DNA of 64,000 nt from the human T2T-CHM13v2.0 reference genome, Homo sapiens. A program made the position numbers and the translations under genes. Below are positions 57,856-64,000 of this stretch, in pieces (position 1 is the first letter of the stretch; every line of letters starts with the position of its first letter). The notes under the pieces were generated by a model. That model was not told where the DNA came from and did not search any database. It saw only the letters and a list, made by a program, of their open reading frames with translations. The stretch lies in NCBI RefSeq assembly GCF_009914755.1, contig NC_060932.1. The stretch is one strand, 5' to 3'.

Positions 57856-58869
57856 GGTGGTCTGATTCCTGAAGTATAGGAGAAACCAGCAATATTTCTA
57901 TGAGTGGAATTTCATTTGCCCAAGGTAATGAACAAAGAGAGCGATAGATTAGAAAGTCTATGAAGACTCCAGGAATACATTAAGGAAACAAGGAAAACTG
58001 AAGTCCTCACATTGTCTTAATTTTGTTGGTTCTATTATCTACTTGTTCCCTGAAACTTAATTATCAAAAAATTCACAAATTGTGTCATGTTGGTTAGGTT
58101 AATTAATAAATAGAACTTATAGTTCAAGTAACTTTCAGGCATAAGACAACAGAGGCAAAAGATCATTATCCTCAGATGATTTATTTTGAGGGCATTAGTG
58201 TTCTTATTGCATGTTGAGCCACATAAATTTGAAGTGATTTGTCCTCAGAATATTTCAATTATTGTAATGTATACAGGAAACATTCTTCATCTTTTTAGTT
58301 GCCACTTAAGGAAGAAAAAGTAAATTATAAAGTTGTTCTTATCCTGGCTTGACAGTATCACACATACTTGTACATCTATATTAGTCTCTATTTTTGTTTT
58401 CATCTTCATACATACACATACATAACATACATATTGTATATGTAATGTTAACATATACAATATTTGTTATATTTCTTTTTCTATAGAACTATGATAGCAA
58501 AAAATGTTAATATTTTATATACAATTATTATATTCAGCTTTTTTGGATTTGCTTTTTCGGATTTGCTTTTTCCTACAGCATAATATATAAATAATACAAT
58601 TGTGAAAATAAATGCCTATGCATTTTGAGACTATGTTAATTAAGTAGAAAAGCTTTTTATTTTAAAGATGAAATCTTGAAATATCTTGGTGATGTTATTT
58701 GCTATTATAATATAAAAGTAAAATAACAGAAAGCTATATGTGATTGAACTTAACACTCTATAAATTTGGTAATAATTTTCCATTTTAATTCAAAAAGAAA
58801 TCTCCCAATAATCCAAATACATTCATTCAAAAAACATTTATTGCGATCTGTTCTTTACCAAATACCATA

Positions 58870-61510
58870 ACAACAGCTTTGTCTTTCTTTAAAATTTATG
58901 AATATTTTTGACTTCTCTGTATCTTTATAGTCAATGGGTTTCTTGTAGATAGTATGGAGTTGGGTCTTGCTTATTATCCTACCTGGCAGCCTGTCATTTC
59001 ACTATGTTTAGACCATTCTCATTTAAAGTGATTATTATATAATTAGAATAAGATCTACCATCTTGCTAGTTGTTTTCTATTTGTTCTTCCTTTCCTTTTT
59101 CTCCCCTTTTCCTGCCTTCTCAGGATTTAACTGAACTTTTTTTAATGCATCAATGTTATCTCCTTTTTTGAAATTATTTATACTATTTTTTCTTTTATCA
59201 AAAGCTTTCTACTGGTTTCCCCATGGTTTAGAGTGTCTATTTTAAAATAATCTGAGTCTCCCTTCAAATAATATGCTACCCCATGTGCAGTATAAGGGTC
59301 TTAGAATAATCCAAATTTCTACTTCCCATTTCTTATAGCATTGTTGTCATACATTTCACCTTTATATATGTGTATACATGCAATATATAATAACTGATTT
59401 TATTTTAAATAGTTATATTTTAGAGAATTAAAAATGAGAAAAATAATATTTATTTTACTTTTATTCCATTTACAACATTCTTTATTTCTCTGTGTAGACC
59501 AAGGTTTCTGGCCTATACCACAATCCTTCAGTAAGAAGAATTGCCTTCAATATTTTTTGTTGAATGGATCTGTTAGAAATACATTTCCTCAGTTTCTGTT
59601 TGTATGAGAAGGTCTTTATTTATTCTTCATTTTTAAATGATGTTTTTACTGGATATGGAATTCTGGATTGCCAGTTTTTTTTCTTTAGTACTTTGAAGAA
59701 GTCAATTTATTGTCTTCTCTTTGCATTTATTCCAAAAAGAGTGCTGATGTAGTTCTTATCCTTCCCTCTATTTATAATGTATCTTTTTGTCTAGCCACCT
59801 TCAAGATTTTCTCTTTGTCTTTGGTTTACAGCAATTTGTATATGATTTGCCTCTGTGTGTGTTGGGGGGGTGTGTGTATGGGTGTGTGTGTGTATTAGTA
59901 TTTATCCTGGTTGGTGAGCTTCTTAGATCTGTGATTTGGTTTCTGTATCTAATTTTGAAAATTTTTGACCATTATCTTTGGAAAATATTTCTCATGCCCT
60001 GTTCTCTTTCTTCTTTTTTCAAGATTCCAAATGTATGTATATAAGACTATATGTTTGATATTGTCCAATGTTCTCGGATGCTCTGTTCTATTATTTTTCT
60101 ATTAACAAAATCTTTGTGTTTCAATTAACCAATCTAAATATTCATTGATTCTTCCCTTGGCCATGTTGAATCTGTCAATGAGGCTGTCAAAGGAATTCTT
60201 CATCCTTGTAACTGTGTTTTTGATTTCTAGAATTTTCTTTGGTTCTTTCTTACAGCTTCCAATTGTTTTACTGAAAGTACTCACCTGTTTTTTTATGTTG
60301 TCCACATCTTCCATTAGAGGTTTAAACACATTTAATCATAGTTATATTAAATTTCTTGTATGATAGTTTTAACATTTGTGTCATATCTGAGTCTGATTTT
60401 GATTATTGTTTTGACTATTCAGATTGTGGTTTCCTTGCCTTCTCCCAAGCCTTGTAGGTTTTGTTGTTGTTGTTAGAAGCTGGATGTGTTGTATAGAACA
60501 GTAGATAGTGAAATAAATACTGTTGATAATTGGAGATAAGCACACTTTCCTTCTGCTCTGCATTTAGTGGAGGAATTTGTACTAATGTAACCATTACTTG
60601 GGCTGAGTTTAAAGTCTGTTGTTGCTATGGTTACCTTCAGTGTAACTTCACGTTCCTTTAGTAACACCTTATGTTTAGGATATAGTCTAATTTGCCAGAG
60701 AGTGTTTCTCAATATTTGCTTCCCAATTGGCTTGGGTCTGTCTACCTGGCTTTGGCTCTTCTGGTTTGTCTGTTGCAGCTCACAGCTGTATTCCACTGTT
60801 ATTTTTCCTCAACACGTGTTAATGTAGTGTTGAGAGGGTGGGGCAGTTGTACGTTCTCAGATGTTCTGATTAAGCTTCAGTCTTAGCCAGGCGTTGCAAA
60901 CCTTCACAAGTATTCCCGCTTCTCCTCCAGGCGTAGTGGGCCTAGGATGTGTTTTTGCCACTCCCCTCAGAATCACAGACTTTTTTTTCATGGTGCCCTT
61001 TCTTAGTTGCAATGTATTTTTATCAGTGCCCTCAGGTAACAGTTTTTGTTTCTCTTCCCTCTGCAAATTACATCTTCTGTTCCACAGGGGAGATAGAGGA
61101 GACAGATTCAGGACTTCCGCCTTGGCTGCCGTTACTACCCCCAGCCAGAAAGAGAAGGACTCTTTCTCGGTGTTCACCTCAACCTTCCCTGCAAGTGCCT
61201 GGTGGGGTTCTTGGAGGAAAAGTCTGCAAGAGAGTGCAAACTCTTATGCTTCCCATATCCAGCCTTTAGCAATTTGTTGGAAATTTCTAGGTGCATTCTT
61301 TACTGGTGTACAGGACATCTGTAGGCATCCACTCCAGGTGAGCACATGCTTAGGTCCTGTTTCTCTCTGAAGAAACCTGTCTCTCTCCAGAGTTTGGTTA
61401 GATTTTTACCCTGTAATCTAGTTCTCCAGGAAAGTCATTAATTTGCAGTTTTTCTAGGTTTTTCTTTGTTGTAAAAGTGACTCTGTCTTCCAACTCTCTA
61501 CATCTCTGAG
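58870..61510 (-). mobile_element. Old antisense L1M (5' region, ORF1 and inter-ORF relic)
   Basis: Minus-strand ORF ...KKILEIKNTVTRMKNSFDSLIDRFNMAKGRINE matches the L1 ORF1 coiled coil. Confidence 0.75.
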
Positions 61511-63331
61511 CTCACGCTATGAATATTTAGATGGGTAGTCAGATTTATTTATTTTCTTTTTATTAGATTTTTATAGAATTGTAGTCACTAAAGAGCTGCA
61601 GATAATATATAACATTTAAAAATGTATAAAGGCTCAGTAACCCAGCCAGGCAAATAAGATGTTATTTAGAAACATAAGTCCACTGTTCTCCATTTTCTCT
61701 GAGAAGAAAATAAATAATATAGACTGTAAAAAGGCAACTTAGAGACATATTTAAGAAAGACCTTCTAAATAGTAAAGGTAAAAATAGCCTTGTAATGTAT
61801 TTATTATAGATTCTTTTCCTATGACAATATTAAACAACAACTGAGGCATTTTCAGTATGTCCTGATTCAGATGAATCCAACCTATAAGTAAGAGAATGGA
61901 TCCATAAAAGACTGTTTAATCATGGCATTCAATAGAAAATGTTAAGCATTTGAGAATATAGGCTTTTTAGTGAGGATAAAACAAAACAAAATGAGAAATA
62001 CCTTCAAATTTCAATTTGGAGTGAAGAGACCAGAAAATCTCTATCAAAGTTCTTAGGAAAGATATGATGAAATCTAAATAAAATGTTTTATCCACTTTCT
62101 CAAAAAGCATTTTAGGAAAACCAAATTGTTCTTTCTTTCTGAAAGGTAAGGTCTTCAAAGGCTGCTATTCATTTCAATGTCGTTCAGCAAGTATTTCTAT
62201 GATACACACAATAGGTTTAACACCGTGCTCAGGTCTCTGAAGGGTACAGAGCTATGAAATGAGAAACAATCCCACTGAGAGAAAGGACATAAACACATGA
62301 CACAGGCAAGATGCCAGAAGTGTTATGAGTTAGTGCCCCGTTAAGCAGGATAGATGCAAAAAGCTTTATGGGCTCAGAGAAAGGATCTACAGTTCTCTCT
62401 TGGGATTGGATGAAACAAAATCTTCTATAGCTGTTGACTAGTGGACCTTTCAACTGGGATCAGGGTGTGCTGGATGTGTGTTCTATAGAAGCAAGGTAGC
62501 TTACTAAGCTCAAGAGAGAAAAAAGCTTGTCTTTCTTGGGATTCATAGCTTTTTTTTTTCCTATGCATCTTTGTGCTTCCCATGTAAAATTCTCAAACTC
62601 AGTCACAGCAACATTTACCCTTTTTGTGAGTATTTTCTACATCTTCTCAACTTGCCTGGAAACCAAGACTACAAAATATTATTTCTAAAATCTCATTAAA
62701 AACTTTGTCTTATTTTTTAGTCTAATCAGTTTGTTTTTCAAATGAATTTTCGTAGCTACTTTTGGAGTCCATGTGATAAATGGACTGGGACTCTATATGA
62801 ACATGTTCCTCACTGTCTCGTGGACGGGACTGGAGAGAGACACGTAGACAGAATTTTGGAACTGTTGATAACACAATTAGATGTCACAGATGAACACGGG
62901 AAAAATGATGAACACTACCTTGTAACACCGGGGATTATGACCTATCTCCTGAAGAACATGAAAATTATTTTGACTCTGTAACAGTTGATGGATTTGAGAT
63001 AACTGTGAAGACTCCCCTAAGAAAACCGAGGGTCCAGGAAAATGTATAACAAATAATGATATTACACTATCATCCTCCAGATGCTATTCAGGGAACAATG
63101 TTGTTGAATGATTTCCTTAAAAGAGTTGCTTATTGTATAAATGAGTGAGGTATATCTTTATTTACTATTACAAAGGATTTCCAGGGTATATTATGTAGTG
63201 AAAAAAGGTAAAAACATGTATGCTACAATTTATTTAAGAAAAGAAGTGTTATGGGAATATACGCATATTCATATTTATATATACATAAATATTACATGTA
63301 TACATGGTTTTTAATTTAAAAATAAACAATG

Positions 63332-63650
<319 letters not shown>

Positions 63651-64000
63651 GAAGGTAAACTATAAGATAATAAATGATTACATATGTGGGGGGGGCTAGG
63701 TTAGAGGGGTTAGTAGGAAAAACTAAGCTTCTTTGAATAAACTTTGTTTTGCAACTCCGATTTAAAACATATAAACATTTTATATAATTAAAAAAATTAA
63801 TTTAAAAAAGGCAACTTCTAAAAGTAAAAGGAAAATGAAACAAATGAACCTGTATAGTCAGATGATGTAAGCACACACAGCCAGACATTATTCCAAATGA
63901 CGTTAAGGCCCACCATTAAGGTTTGACTGCATAACCCTTGTAGGGTAGACATTCATCATTTTGCCGGTGCTAGTTTTGATATGGATGACCTGAGACTGTT

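Noticed and set aside
60857-61370. Cluster of overlapping 106-158 aa ORFs
   Set aside because: Lies within a decayed antisense L1 5' region

Overview
Human/primate genomic DNA (AT-rich, CpG-depleted, with Alu, L1, LTR and DNA-transposon relics), almost entirely intronic. Six small + strand coding exons (14343-14475, 15159-15310, 18462-18616, 29278-29336, 29660-29704, 43082-43245) all have AG/GT boundaries and compatible phases. They splice into one stop-free 236-codon frame encoding the end of one PLAT/LH2 (lipoxygenase-homology) domain, a complete but divergent PLAT domain, a linker, and the start of a third PLAT domain. From recollection, not a search, this fits the poorly characterised downstream multi-PLAT exons of the long RP1 isoform (chr8q) rather than LOXHD1. 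Three of the exons are absent from the ORF track, and nearly all track ORFs are spurious or repeat-derived. Notable non-coding structure: a ~120-bp-arm near-perfect inverted duplication with template-switch scars just downstream of the 45-nt exon, a sense LTR12 solo LTR with 10 CCAAT boxes upstream of the exon cluster, a tailless U2 snRNA retrocopy with a target-site duplication, a MADE1 MITE inside a microsatellite, MER6 with its V-SINE-like core, and a ~6.6-kb decayed sense L1. No CRISPR array, rRNA, tRNA or prokaryotic system is present. Repeat subfamily names and borders are by eye and approximate.
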